A DNA stretch of 64,000 nucleotides from Ascoidea asiatica JCM 7603 (lineage: Eukaryota; Fungi; Ascomycota), in the NCBI GenBank assembly GCA_001600695.1, contig BCKQ01000007.1, forward strand, positions 455,184-519,183, written 5' to 3'. Below, piece after piece: positions 1 through 11,509 of this stretch. The position numbers and the translations under genes were made by a program. The notes below the pieces were generated by a model, which was not told the DNA's origin, did no database searches, and saw only the letters and a program-made list of their open reading frames with translations. Numbering within the stretch: position 1 is the first letter of the stretch; every line of letters begins with the position of its first letter.

Positions 1-313
1 TTTCATTTTCCATTTCTTATATCTTATTTATATATAATAATACATTTCTATTCTATTTAATTTTACCCAAAAATGTATGATTTCCTACAATATGATATTT
101 TACAAATTATGAAATTATTGATTAATGAAGTAGATATGATAATATAATGAAAAAATGAAAAATAAGCAAAGAATGAGATTAAAATATTTTTATAAGTGCA
201 GAAATGTTATTGATAAAATACAATGAAAATGAAGAGAAAAAGACTAAACTAAAAAAGAAAAAAATACAAAAAAAAAGAGAAGAAACAAAAAAATATTGAA
301 GAGAATACAAAAT

Positions 314-1528
314 TTATTTAACATTGATGAATATAGTAGTAATATCATCTTCTTTACCACCTAAATATGGTTGACCAGTTAGTCTTCTTAATTCTTCAGA
401 AAATGGACTTGGGAAATTTTCATCTAAACTTAATTCTCTAACATTTTTAACAAAAAGATTAGCAATTTCTTGGAAAGATAATTTTTTCTCAAGTACGTGA
501 TTTTTCAAGAATATTTCAATATCTTCAATTAAAATATTATCAGTAATACCATCAGTAGAGAATAAAACAATATCATCTTTTTTTAATTGAAATTTATATT
601 CATCAGCTTGTAAAGGGGAGTCCATTAAAAACTTTCTTTGTTGTTTTTTAGCATCATCTAATATATATTGGGGTATTATAGATAATTGATAAGGAGTATT
701 AAAACCATGAGTTTGAAATTTAGATTGAAAGATACATTTAAAATCTCTAAAGACAGAGACAGAAGAATCTCCTAAATTTGCAATTTTTATTTGGCCATTT
801 GGATTTAAAATACCTAAACAACAAGTAGTACCACCAATGTGAACTTTATTTTTAATTACAATATTTTTATAAGCTAAATTTAATAACATTCTAGGAGTTA
901 AAGTATTTAATTCTTCATTTGAAGAATTTTCAAATATATATTTGATTGAATTACATAACTCTCTACTAATTTGAGAAGAATCAAATCCCATTTCTGCCCA
1001 ACCACCAACACCATCAGCTACACCAACTGAAATTTGTTCATAAGATGGATCATCTTTTTCTGGGTTAAATTTTCTTTCGGCTAAATAATAATTATCTTCA
1101 CCTGTTGGAGAAACAACTTTTTTTTGATTTGATTTTTTCTTTTTTGAATTGAAAAAAGGATTTTCTTCTCTATCCTTTGGTGAGTAAGCTACAACTATAT
1201 CGTATTTGAATATAGATGAATCTGTAGAATGAGAAGATGAAGATGAAGACGATGAAGTTTGATGATATGAGGAATCTGAATTTGAGTTAGAATATGAAGT
1301 TGAGGAGTTAAACGAGGAAAAAGGATTTGAAGATGATGTTGAGAAATTTCTCGAATTGAAAAAAGTTTTTTTAATTAAAACTGCTTCTGAATTATTTGAA
1401 ATAGTAGTCAAATAAGATGATGATAAATTACTTTTATATCTGAATAAAAATTTTGAAGAAGATAAAACAAAACTGAATGATTTTGCAAAGCTGTTTGACA
1501 ATATAAAATTAGAATTAAGTATATTCAT
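314..1528 (-). CDS. PTC7: PP2C-type protein phosphatase Ptc7 (mitochondrial)
   Basis: 404-aa ORF with PP2C/Ptc7 motifs TGEDNY, GVADGVGGW, ANLGDS, QTHGFNTPYQLS, STDGITDN, GGKEDDIT; Ser/Phe/Lys-rich N-terminal presequence. Confidence 0.92.
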   Translation of the reverse strand: MNILNSNFILSNSFAKSFSFVLSSSKFLFRYKSNLSSSYLTTISNNSEAVLIKKTFFNSRNFSTSSSNPFSSFNSSTSYSNSNSDSSYHQTSSSSSSSSHSTDSSIFKYDIVVAYSPKDREENPFFNSKKKKSNQKKVVSPTGEDNYYLAERKFNPEKDDPSYEQISVGVADGVGGWAEMGFDSSQISRELCNSIKYIFENSSNEELNTLTPRMLLNLAYKNIVIKNKVHIGGTTCCLGILNPNGQIKIANLGDSSVSVFRDFKCIFQSKFQTHGFNTPYQLSIIPQYILDDAKKQQRKFLMDSPLQADEYKFQLKKDDIVLFSTDGITDNILIEDIEIFLKNHVLEKKLSFQEIANLFVKNVRELSLDENFPSPFSEELRRLTGQPYLGGKEDDITTIFINVK

Positions 1529-2242
1529 CTTAAGCTAAACCTAGATTGTAATTATTGCAAAGCAATGGGGGTATTTAATTATTCAAATATTTTAAATACT
1601 TTGATATCTAAAAATTGACGATTTGAATTTGAATTTAAAATTGAATTTGCTGAAAAAATATTTTAACGAAGAAGTTAAGTTTAAATACAGAAATGCCAAA
1701 AAGTCTTGGAAGCGATGAGTATGTTTGAGATATTATTTCACTTTTTAAATGAACAATAATATCCAGTTGAATGAAGGCTGATTTTATGGAAAAGAACTCT
1801 TTTTTATTTTTTATTTTGCTTTTTGATTACCTTTATTTTTATCTTTAATTATTTTTCACCATCCAGTTTCAGCATGTCGAATTTCTTTTTGCATTTTTTC
1901 CTGTTATTTGCTTTTTTTTTGGTTTTCTGGCACTGATTGAGACTCGGCCGGAGCGGTGTCCAAGAGAAGCGACATCGGTTCGAGTTCTGGTTCGCGCGAT
2001 TATGGAACATGTTTTAAATGAGGTTTTTCATTTGCACCAACGAAACCTTCCAAGAAAATACAATCAACAACAAGATTATAAGAACAATTCGATATGAATT
2101 AAGAGAATAAAAGAAGATAAGAAAAGATAAGAGAAGACAATATCAGATAAGAGAAGATAAAACAAAACATATCTTGTATAGGTTATAAGAAATCAAAAAG
2201 ATCAGTTCCAGCTAGTTTCATAGAAAATAAATAGAACTCATA

Positions 2243-3373
2243 ATGTCTTTAGTTCAAAGAACCTTTTCTAGATCTATTTTTGATAATAATAGAAATATTT
2301 CTATAATTACCAGCAAATCAAATAAATTCAAATTCAATCAACTTAGGAGATATAATAACTATGGTGGCGTAGAAGGTGATGAATTTTCATTTGATATTCC
2401 AACTGTTGAATTGAGTTATGATAAACATAGTGAATATGACTCAAGCTTGGATCCCAAGGATATCAATAATCCAATTATAATATTGCATGGGTTATATGGA
2501 AATAAAAAGAACAATAGAACTGTTGCAAGACGATTAAGCTCGGTTATGAATAGAGACGTTTATTGTTTGGATCTAAGAAATCATGGCGATTCACCTAGAA
2601 TTGAGAGACATGATTATCCATCATTAGCTGCAGATGTTGAAAAATTTATAATTGAAAAAAAGCTTTGTAAAGATTCTTTGAATTCTAATACTTCAATCAA
2701 AAAACCAATTGTAATTGGTCATTCTATGGGTGCAAAAGTTTTAATGGCAATCATGTTAAGAAGAAATAAACCTGAGAATCAATTATTATCCTTAGGTATA
2801 AGTGTTGATAATTCACCAGTTGATTATAATTTATATCCAAAACATACAAATAATAAATTTAGTTTATATTCAAAATTATTGATTGATATTTCAACAAATA
2901 AAAATTTAAATTTTAAAAAATTAAAAGAATGTGATGAATATTTATCAAAATATGAAGAAAATCCTGCAATTAGATCATTTTTATTAACAAATTTAAAAAG
3001 AGATTCAAAAACTGGATTTTTTATTGAAAAAGTTCCATTAAAAATTATTTCAAATGCAATTAATTTTGGTTCAGTTTATTCTTGGCCATATGATTATAAA
3101 ACAAGAAGAAGCTTACAAAATATTTTATTCATTAGAGGTTCTAAATCAAAATATGTTGCTGATGATTATTTAATTAATATTGCAAATTTTTTTCCAAATT
3201 TTGAATTAAATGAAATTGATTCTGGTCATTGGGTAATTAGTGAAAAGCCAAAAGAATTTATAGAATCTGTTAAAAATTATATTGAATTAAAAGAAGAAGT
3301 TTTAAAAGATAATGAAGATGAATTAAATAATTATAAATCTGGTAATCCTTATGATAAAAATATTTTAAAATAA
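2243..3373 (+). CDS. Alpha/beta hydrolase, ABHD11/Imo32/Eat1 (ethanol acetyltransferase-like) family
   Basis: LHGLYG, DLRNHGDSP, nucleophile elbow GHSMG, SGHWV catalytic His; Arg-rich mitochondrial-type N-terminus. Confidence 0.85.
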   Translation: MSLVQRTFSRSIFDNNRNISIITSKSNKFKFNQLRRYNNYGGVEGDEFSFDIPTVELSYDKHSEYDSSLDPKDINNPIIILHGLYGNKKNNRTVARRLSSVMNRDVYCLDLRNHGDSPRIERHDYPSLAADVEKFIIEKKLCKDSLNSNTSIKKPIVIGHSMGAKVLMAIMLRRNKPENQLLSLGISVDNSPVDYNLYPKHTNNKFSLYSKLLIDISTNKNLNFKKLKECDEYLSKYEENPAIRSFLLTNLKRDSKTGFFIEKVPLKIISNAINFGSVYSWPYDYKTRRSLQNILFIRGSKSKYVADDYLINIANFFPNFELNEIDSGHWVISEKPKEFIESVKNYIELKEEVLKDNEDELNNYKSGNPYDKNILK

Positions 3374-3687
3374 TCATATATAAATATAAAACTTGAATTA
3401 TGAAATACAACAATTGTAAATGTATATTTGTATATGTATATGTATATAACTTAAATATATAACTTTAAACGTTTATATAAATAATAGACAATTAGACAAA
3501 ATTGACAAACTTATATATTTGTATATTTGCATATTTAACCCTTAAAAACCAAAACAAATAACCTAAAAAACTAATAATCTGCAAATAGTAAATACATAAT
3601 AATAATAATAAGAGTGAAAAAAAAGAAATAAAAAAGAAGAGGGTAAAAAAGTGACGATTTTAAAATTTTAACAAATTAATGAAAGAA

Positions 3688-4881
3688 TTAAATGAAAAAA
3701 TAAAAAATGGAAAAAACGAAAGATATTATGTAAAAATTTGAAATTTGGATATTTGAAGCAGCACTTGAAGAAGATGAAGTTGTAGACGAACTTGAAGAAG
3801 TAACTGAAGCTAATTTATTTGATTCAACAGTTTCTGAACTAATGACACTTTTAACAATTGAAGTTAAATCAGATGAAGAAATTGAAGAATTAGTTAAATC
3901 TAAATCATCTGAAATAAAAGTAAGAGTAGTTCCATTTGAATCAAATATAACACCACCTTTCATAGTTGCAGAAGTATTTCTTTCAATATAACCATAAACT
4001 CTTAAACCAGATTCAATATCATCAGTACCTTGATAATCATGAATTGAATTAAATAATTTAAGAGAATCAGTTGTATTTAAAATTTCAAAAATATCAAATT
4101 CTCCACAACCTGATCTCCAACATGAACAATTAGTTGATAAAGGATATTGAGAAGTTCTTGGAATTCTAGCATTTAATAACCAAATTGCAGGCATATTATA
4201 ATTAGTTGTATTTGAATCTGATTCATCATCCTCAGGCATTTGAAATTCGAATAAAAACATTTTTGTTGTACCATAAAAACCATAATAAGCAGGTATACCA
4301 TCTCTGTAAACACCACAATCTTTTTTTAAACCAGAATCTGGACATGAAACGTTTGAAAAAATTGCAAATTCTTCATCTGAAGGAATTAAAGTATCTTCAG
4401 ATAAAACTTTTGAGGTTTTTGAAAATGTTAATCCATCAGTATCAACATATGATAAAGCTTGGCCAAGACAATAAGAATCATCACCTTGATTACCCATGAA
4501 AGTTATATTATCTGCAGAAGAACCATCATAATAAGCAGATCTAGTCCAATCTTTATTATCTGAACCACCATAAACATAATTTTCAGAAGTATAAAAAGCG
4601 AATTTGTTTAAAATTGTTGGACCCCTGATATGAACAGATAATTCTTCATTTAAAGGAGAATTAGTTCCAGAGAATGAAACTGAATTATCAGATAAAGAAC
4701 AAGAACACGAATCTTCTGGGGTTCCATCAATTTTAGATACTTGATAATAAGTTCCTTCATAACCTAAATTTTCAAATTGTAAAACACCAGCTTGTTTTGA
4801 GGATGAAGAAGATTTAGATTTAGACTCGACTAAGGAGAATAATAATGGAATTAAGGATAGTGATATTAATTTTGAAAACAT
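3688..4881 (-). CDS. GPI-anchored GH16-like cell wall protein, Toh1(YJL171C)/Pga52/Tos1 family, copy 1
   Basis: Signal peptide; SPLNEELSVHIRGP, KMFLFEFQMP, MPAIWLLNARIPRTSQY, CSCWRSGCGEFDIFE; Ser/Thr tail and hydrophobic C-terminus. Confidence 0.88.
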   Translation of the reverse strand: MFSKLISLSLIPLLFSLVESKSKSSSSSKQAGVLQFENLGYEGTYYQVSKIDGTPEDSCSCSLSDNSVSFSGTNSPLNEELSVHIRGPTILNKFAFYTSENYVYGGSDNKDWTRSAYYDGSSADNITFMGNQGDDSYCLGQALSYVDTDGLTFSKTSKVLSEDTLIPSDEEFAIFSNVSCPDSGLKKDCGVYRDGIPAYYGFYGTTKMFLFEFQMPEDDESDSNTTNYNMPAIWLLNARIPRTSQYPLSTNCSCWRSGCGEFDIFEILNTTDSLKLFNSIHDYQGTDDIESGLRVYGYIERNTSATMKGGVIFDSNGTTLTFISDDLDLTNSSISSSDLTSIVKSVISSETVESNKLASVTSSSSSTTSSSSSAASNIQISNFYIISFVFSIFYFFI

Positions 4882-6299
4882 TTTGAATAGCTAATTATTT
4901 GAATAATTCTAATAATCTAAATTATTAATCAAGCTAATTATTAAATGAAGTTTGAAATAAATAAGAATTGAGTAAATTTTTCAACAAAATAAAACAAACA
5001 ATAATAAAATAGGGATTGATCAAGAGACAAGCTTATATTTAAGAGAAAGAATATAAATATTAATGTACTGAACTAAGAAAATTGTTTCTAAGAAGTATTA
5101 TTGTATGGAACGAATGGGAATTGTATTAATGAAATAGTGTAATTTAAATTGTAACTGATAGTGTTTACCAGTGTTAAACGGTGAATGAGTTAAAAATAGA
5201 AAAAGAAAGAGGATTTCAATAGAATTCTGCAGATTTCACGAAAGTTATCAATTAGACTCAATAGTAAAACAAGATTTTGGAAAATAATTGAAAAAAAGAT
5301 GCTGAGATAAAAGAAATAAACAATTGTCGAAAGAGGAACTACTTGGGCTTGCTTAGCACAGATCTCATAATCAAAGCAGATATCATTTTCAAAATCAGAG
5401 ATTAAAGAGTAATATGAGCTTCTTCAAACAAATTGAATAATATTTTCATAGTCATTATCATTATTATCAATATCATTTGTAGTCGAGTCAGTCAATTGGA
5501 TTTCAAATCTGAACGTTTGAATCGAATGATGAAGAGAAACAGTGAACCGGAAGCATAGCCAAGTCCCTGAGACAAGCTTTTTTTCTCTTTTGAAAGCTGT
5601 TTTTCCTTGTGTTGTGTTTTTGCTTGTATCAATTCATCACAAAACCCAGCCCATTTCTTTTACCTTCTTTCTTTTCTTCTTTCTTTTGTCTTTATTCCTT
5701 TCAATTTATTTTCTTTTCTTCTTTCTTTTTATTATTTTTATTTCTTTCTTTTGAGTAATTTTCTTTTTTTTTTTTCATTTTCTTGAGATTTTTGATTTTA
5801 TTCATGCAACTGTAAACATCACACTACTTTATAAAAAATTTTCATCATATATCTAAGGTTTTAATACACTTCAACATGCAGAAAAAAGAAAAAGCAGCAA
5901 AAAAACCATTTAAAGCGCCACGTGCTGAACACCAGCCACATAAAGCCACCGAATAATTCCAAACAAGTCAAGCAAAACTTTAATGATATTTGAAATATAA
6001 AAGGAAATAGCAGAAGAACAAGAAGAAGAAGAATCAAGAACAGGAAGGGAAAGTAAAGGGTAGACAAAAACAGTTTAATTGAATGAGTATAGTTTGTTTC
6101 ATGGAAGAGGTTCAAGAGAATAATTGAAGAAATAGCTTTAAAAAGTAAAACCCACCAATGACACTGTTTATTTTATCAATATTTAAAAAAAAAAAACTAA
6201 GAAATAGAAGAATTTTAAGAATTTAGAAATTTTTAAAGGAATTTAGGAGATAAAGAATAGAATAAATTAATAGTGATTTAAAGGAAATTTAAAACTGAT

Positions 6300-7523
6300 T
6301 TAAATAAAATTTAAAAAAAATATTAAAGCTAACATATTACCTATTATGAAGATTTTTGAAACTTGTTTAATGGAATAAGAAGCACCAGAACTGGATGAAG
6401 ATTCAGAATCAGAATCTGAAGAAGTTGAAGAAGATGAAGTAGTAGTAGTACTTGATACACTTGTTAATTCTTCGGTTTCAACATCATCTGAACTAATAAC
6501 ACTTTTAACAATTGTAGTTAGATCGGATGCAGAAATTGTTGAATTTAAATCTAAATCATCTGAAAGAAAAGTTATAGTTGTACCATCAGAACCAAAGATT
6601 ACACCACCTGTCATTGTTTTTGATGTTTGTCTTTTAATATAACCATAAACTTGTAAACCAGTTTCAATATATCCTGTACCTTGATAATCATGAATTGAAT
6701 TAAATAATTTTAAAGTTTCAGTTGTATTTAAAATTTCAAAAATATCAAATTCTCCACAACCACTTGTCCAACATGAACAATTTGATGATAATGGATATTG
6801 AGAAGTTCTTGGAATTCTTGCATTTAATAACCATATTGCTGGCATATCATAATTAGTTGCATCTGAACTTGTATTTGCTTCAGTTGGCATTGTAAATTCA
6901 AATAAAAACATTTTTGTTGTTCCATAAAATCCATGATATGCAGGTATATCATCTCTATAAACACCACAATCTTTTTTTAAACCAGAATCATCACAAGAAA
7001 TATTAGAATAAATCGCAAATTCTTCATCAGAAGCAATTAAAGTATCTTCTGCTAAAACTTTTGAAGTTTTTGAATATGTTAATCCATCAGTGCCAACATA
7101 AGATAATGCTTGTCCAAGACAATAAGAATCATCACCTTGATTACCCATGAAAGTTACATTATCAGCAGTACCCGAAGAACCATCATAATAAGCAGATCTT
7201 TCCCAATCTTCATTATCAGAACCATCATATTCATATTTTTCAGAAGTATAAAATGCAAATTTTTTTAAAATTGCAGGACCTCTAACATGTACAGAAAGTT
7301 CTTCATTTAAAGGAGAATTAGTACCTGAAAAACTAATTGCAGTATCATCTAAAGAACATGAACATGAATCCTCTGGAGTTCCATCTATTGCAGATACTTG
7401 ATAATAAGTTCCTTCAAAACCAAGATTTTCAAATTCTAAAACTCCTGCTCGACTACTATATTTTGATTCTACATTATGTATTAATAATGATATTAATGAT
7501 AAACTTATGTATTTTAAAAACAT
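6300..7523 (-). CDS. GPI-anchored GH16-like cell wall protein, Toh1/Pga52/Tos1 family, copy 2 (tandem paralog)
   Basis: Same motifs as 3688-4881 with long identical peptide stretches; signal peptide and GPI-type tail. Confidence 0.88.
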   Translation of the reverse strand: MFLKYISLSLISLLIHNVESKYSSRAGVLEFENLGFEGTYYQVSAIDGTPEDSCSCSLDDTAISFSGTNSPLNEELSVHVRGPAILKKFAFYTSEKYEYDGSDNEDWERSAYYDGSSGTADNVTFMGNQGDDSYCLGQALSYVGTDGLTYSKTSKVLAEDTLIASDEEFAIYSNISCDDSGLKKDCGVYRDDIPAYHGFYGTTKMFLFEFTMPTEANTSSDATNYDMPAIWLLNARIPRTSQYPLSSNCSCWTSGCGEFDIFEILNTTETLKLFNSIHDYQGTGYIETGLQVYGYIKRQTSKTMTGGVIFGSDGTTITFLSDDLDLNSTISASDLTTIVKSVISSDDVETEELTSVSSTTTTSSSSTSSDSDSESSSSSGASYSIKQVSKIFIIGNMLALIFFLNFI

Positions 7524-8876
7524 TTTAATAGATTTATTTTCAATTATTATTTTAATATTCTTCAGTAAAGTATGTTGAAAATATATTATGCTTTATTGAT
7601 TATTTAATGTAAAACTTTGTAAAACTATTTTTTATTATTGGAAATTAATATAATAATAATCAGTTGTTAAAATTGAAATAATATTCTTAATTGATAAAAA
7701 TATGGGAAGTTTTCAAAAAAAGAGTAAATAAAAGAATTGTCAAATAAAAAAGGGAATTGAATATATATATATATAAACCCTGCCTATATTTAAAGTATAT
7801 ACAGAATCTGTAATTTCAAGAAAAGATTAGCATTATTGTAGAAGAATATTCATTGATGTTTAATAATTCATCAGTTTCACCAAATATATATATTTTAAGC
7901 CATAATTTTGTTTTTTAAAAAGGCACAGTTAAAATGGAATTATTCTGTTAAAAAGGTATATTTCGATAAATTTGTTAGAAAAATGTATGATGGAAAAAGG
8001 AAATTTTCAATTGCCGGAACGCATATTCTTGCATGCCTTACACGATATTTAATGATTTTGTAACATTGAGTGCAAAAAAACAATCACACGAAACCAGTAA
8101 GCCAACTCGTAAGGCTATTTACAAGGCTAAGTAATTACAAAAACACTGGATTATTCAAACAGAATATTTAAAATTCTCAGTTAAAAATCAGAAAAATAAA
8201 GAAGGGAAATTAAAATGATTATGAAGACTCAAAAGACAGGGAGTGACTGGAGCTGAATTCCAGCGGTGTATCGATTTCGAAAAATACCGGTGAATCGCAA
8301 AGGCTGCGCTCAGTTGCCAAACACTGCTTGGTGAGGCCACGGGATTTGCCAGCAGCCATAAGCCTTTAAAAACAAATGCCGACTAGCCAATAATACGCGC
8401 TTTCAGAAAGCCTTTGCTGAGGCCCACTGTAGCGGAAACTCTGAAGGGGAATGAAAGCACAGATTCCCAAGAACAAGAAGCCGCAATGTAAACAAGCAGA
8501 AAACATTCTGAAAAAAATATCATCAATACTCTCGAATTTTTTAGTATCTTATTGAATATTTTGTGACGTTGGAGGACCTCATAGTATTTCTTGTGATAGG
8601 AAGTATTTAGTAGTGCCAAGGAATAATTTTGGCTAAGATTAAGCCATATAATTACTTTATGCGCGCAAAATGTATTACAGAAGGAAATGGTAAAGCGCGG
8701 GGCTGTATCCACAGCGATCCTGACCGGACCCGCGCTGTTTTGAAATTTCACTCTTTGCAACCCGCATATTCTCTGTCGTATACGATGTGTCTCCAAAAAC
8801 ATGCTCCTTTTCCGAAAAAAAACCATCTTTTCTTCGCTGAACTTCCAATAAAAGAAAATATAAAAAACAAGAACAA

Positions 8877-8948
8877 TCCGTGATAGTTTAGTGGCTAGAA
8901 TTGCCGCTTGTCGCGTGGCAGACCGGGGTTGAATTCCCCATCGCGGAG
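8877..8948 (+). tRNA. tRNA-Asp(GUC), variant with T-arm lesions (possible pseudogene)
   Basis: TCCGTGATAGTTTAGTGG...CTTGTCGC...TCGCGGAG followed by a T-run; T-loop reads GTTGAAT instead of GTTCAAT, and the T-stem has a C:A mismatch. Confidence 0.85.
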
Positions 8949-9233
8949 TTTCTTTTTTGCTATTGTTTTAGTTTTTTATTGTCACAATTTCAATGTTTTT
9001 TTTTAATTTTTTATTGCTTTTTGTTATAGTTTTTTCATTGATTCTATTTTGAAAGTATGTAATTCTAGTGCTTGGTTATACTAACTTTTCTTCTTAGCTT
9101 CTTTTCAACAAATGGGTTCTCTTGGTTTTTTAAATTATCATATAAAAGCAAAAACATTACAATTATTTAGAAATTTTCTATATATTAATTTACATTTGGC
9201 TTCTATTCACTCCATCCTTCTCAATATAAGTAA

Positions 9234-9304
9234 GCGTAAGTGGTTTAGTGGTAAAATTCAACGTTGCCATCGTTGGGCCCCCGGTTCAATTCCGGGCTTA
9301 CGCA
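9234..9304 (+). tRNA. tRNA-Gly(GCC)
   Basis: GCGTAAG/CTTACGC acceptor stem, anticodon arm CAACG-TTGCCAT-CGTTG, GGTTCAATTCC B-box, poly-T terminator. Confidence 0.96.
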
Positions 9305-9462
9305 CTTTTTTTTTTTGATGTGGGATTTTCTTTTTCCAGTTGAATTAAAATGCCGTGAACAATATGGGTTAATTTTAGGTTAACTTTTATTTTTTTTTCG
9401 TTGTTAAGCTCTTTCAAGAAACTGGTTGTAATATCATGAACTTTAACCAAACTCACAATTAA

Positions 9463-9573
9463 GGCATTGTGGCCGAGTGGTTAAGGCGAAAGACTTGAAA
9501 ACATTTGACTCCGTTCGGTGGTTCAGGACATCTTTTGGGATTTCCCGCGCAGGTTCGAGTCCTGCCAATGTCG
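9463..9573 (+). tRNA. tRNA-Ser(UGA) with 30-nt intron (9500-9529)
   Basis: GGCATTG/CAATGTC acceptor, anticodon stem AAAGA/TCTTT, loop CT-TGA-A|intron|A, long variable arm GGGATTTCCC, GGTTCGAGTCC, poly-T. Confidence 0.93.
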
Positions 9574-10054
9574 TTTTTTTTTTGCTTTCTTTTTTTTTGA
9601 GATTTTTGAAATTATAAATTAATATTTTTATAAAGAAAACAATTAGAAAAATACTTGAGCATTAAATGATATATAACTTTTATCGAACCAAAGTTCTTTG
9701 AAAACTATTACAATACTTCCAAGTTTTTTTACTTTTTTAGCCCCAATTGTTTGTGAAAGTTAAATTAGATGATATAAATAAAATTCTATTAGAGTAAATA
9801 AAATATATAAAGTAAAAAGAGTTGAATCTTTTATTATTAGATTGTTTATAATAATGCTGAGTTGAGAGAAAACAAAGAAAAAGATTAAAGTACATGAAAA
9901 GATAATGAGAAGATAAAGTGAGGAATTTTTTTGAGGAATGAGAAAAAGAAGTGAAATGATTCAAAACACCAAGATCAATAGTGAAAAATAAGGAAAATAA
10001 GGAAAAAAACAATAAAAAACAAAAAAAACAAAAAAATAATTTCAAATCAGTTCA

Positions 10055-11509
10055 TCATTTAATTTCAATTTTATCAATATATTCTAATTTGACATCTTTT
10101 TCATCCTTTAAGTTAATAATAACAAACCAAGCTGTAATTACACTAAGTCCAAATAATCCAAAATTGATTCCAACAGATACAAGAACTGGTGCTGAGGTAG
10201 AACTTATACCATAAGCAACTGCTCCACCTGCTGCTTCAACTCCTCTTAATATACTTGTATATCTTGGAACTTCAACTGATTTTGTTGCAATAAATCCAAT
10301 TAACCAAAAACAATAATTATATGTCATTGAAAACATTATTTGCCATATTATATATAATACCCAGCCTCTTGCAAATCCACTATCATTCCAATCAAATGCT
10401 GGACTAGTTTTTCTATTTTCATAATCTTTAACAACTACAATACCCCAAATCCATCCACCAAGATGAATTAAACTCATAAATATAAAACACCAAATTGCTC
10501 TTTTTTTAACTGAATATCTTTTCCAATCTAATACTGCTCCAAATATACCATTAAAAATAATTTGTGCAATTGCTGAAATTAATGATGCTAAAGCTCTTGA
10601 ACGAACTGAAAAAAATAAAGTTAAATATGCTGATGCAACTGGTAAAAGATATGTTGCATAAAAAAATATTGGTAATAATAATAATATAGTTTTTGAAAAA
10701 AATAATTTAAAAATTTCTTTAATTTCAATTTTTAAAGGTATATGAATTGGTGCTTTAACTTTAATTCCATCTTCTCTTTGAACTTTTTCTGGTGATGAAA
10801 GAAACATACCAACAAATGGTGCAAGTGTTTGTAATGCAACAAATACAATAAAAGTTTTCCAATCTAATTTACCTCTTTTAGTACCTGTTGAATTAAATCC
10901 AAGATTTATTGCTCCTCCAATTATTGAACCACTATTTCTATATGCTAACCAATATGCTAAATATCTACCTCTTTTATGAGGTTCTGGATAAAGTATTAAA
11001 ATTGCAGCTTCTGCTGCCCAAAATAATCCTGCCGAAACTCCACAAGCCCAAGCTCCAACATAAACAAACCATTCTGTACCATATCTATTATTTTGATAAA
11101 TTGATGCTGCATATATACAAAATCCAATAGTACCTGTAACTAAAGAGTATTTTAATCCAATTGAATTAATTACTAATGAACCTGTGAAACAGACAAGAAA
11201 CATCATACAATTTAAAATTGAATTTGCTCTAAGAACTAAATATGGTGTAAAATTTCCTGCACCTCCAGTTGAATTCATTGCATTATAAATTCCTGGTGCT
11301 AATAATGCTGTTATTCCAACAATTGTTATTTGAAAAAATGTTGATCTATAAAAATTTTTTTTCTCCAAAGGAACTGGAAGATTTGAATTAATTTCATCAG
11401 TGATTGAATTACTTTCACTTCCTAATTTTTCATTATCACTATTATTTTCATTATTCAATTCTGACTCAAAATCAATTTTTTCTTTATTTGACTGTAAATT
11501 TTCTGTCAT
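10055..11509 (-). CDS. UNC-93-like (DUF895) MFS transporter
   Basis: 484 aa, many hydrophobic helices; LAPGIYNAMNSTGGAG, GLFWAAEAA, YPEPHKRGRY, FSVRSRAL typical of fungal UNC-93-like MFS (the family includes the GlcNAc transporter Ngt1). Confidence 0.85.
   Translation of the reverse strand: MTENLQSNKEKIDFESELNNENNSDNEKLGSESNSITDEINSNLPVPLEKKNFYRSTFFQITIVGITALLAPGIYNAMNSTGGAGNFTPYLVLRANSILNCMMFLVCFTGSLVINSIGLKYSLVTGTIGFCIYAASIYQNNRYGTEWFVYVGAWACGVSAGLFWAAEAAILILYPEPHKRGRYLAYWLAYRNSGSIIGGAINLGFNSTGTKRGKLDWKTFIVFVALQTLAPFVGMFLSSPEKVQREDGIKVKAPIHIPLKIEIKEIFKLFFSKTILLLLPIFFYATYLLPVASAYLTLFFSVRSRALASLISAIAQIIFNGIFGAVLDWKRYSVKKRAIWCFIFMSLIHLGGWIWGIVVVKDYENRKTSPAFDWNDSGFARGWVLYIIWQIMFSMTYNYCFWLIGFIATKSVEVPRYTSILRGVEAAGGAVAYGISSTSAPVLVSVGINFGLFGLSVITAWFVIINLKDEKDVKLEYIDKIEIK

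Noticed and set aside
314-1528. S. cerevisiae-style retained intron in PTC7
   Set aside because: No donor or branch-point motif seen in the 5' part of the ORF
8240-8830. GC-richer stretch with 147-aa and 84-aa ORFs
   Set aside because: No protein motifs; resembles other GC-richer promoter patches in the window (e.g. 19750, 27900, 38200, 54450) and lies upstream of the Toh1-like gene
9500-9529. TTCAG in the tRNA-Ser intron as a possible CAG anticodon (CUG-Ser tRNA)
   Set aside because: Stem geometry puts TGA at the anticodon; the intron TTCA is just the usual anticodon-pairing segment
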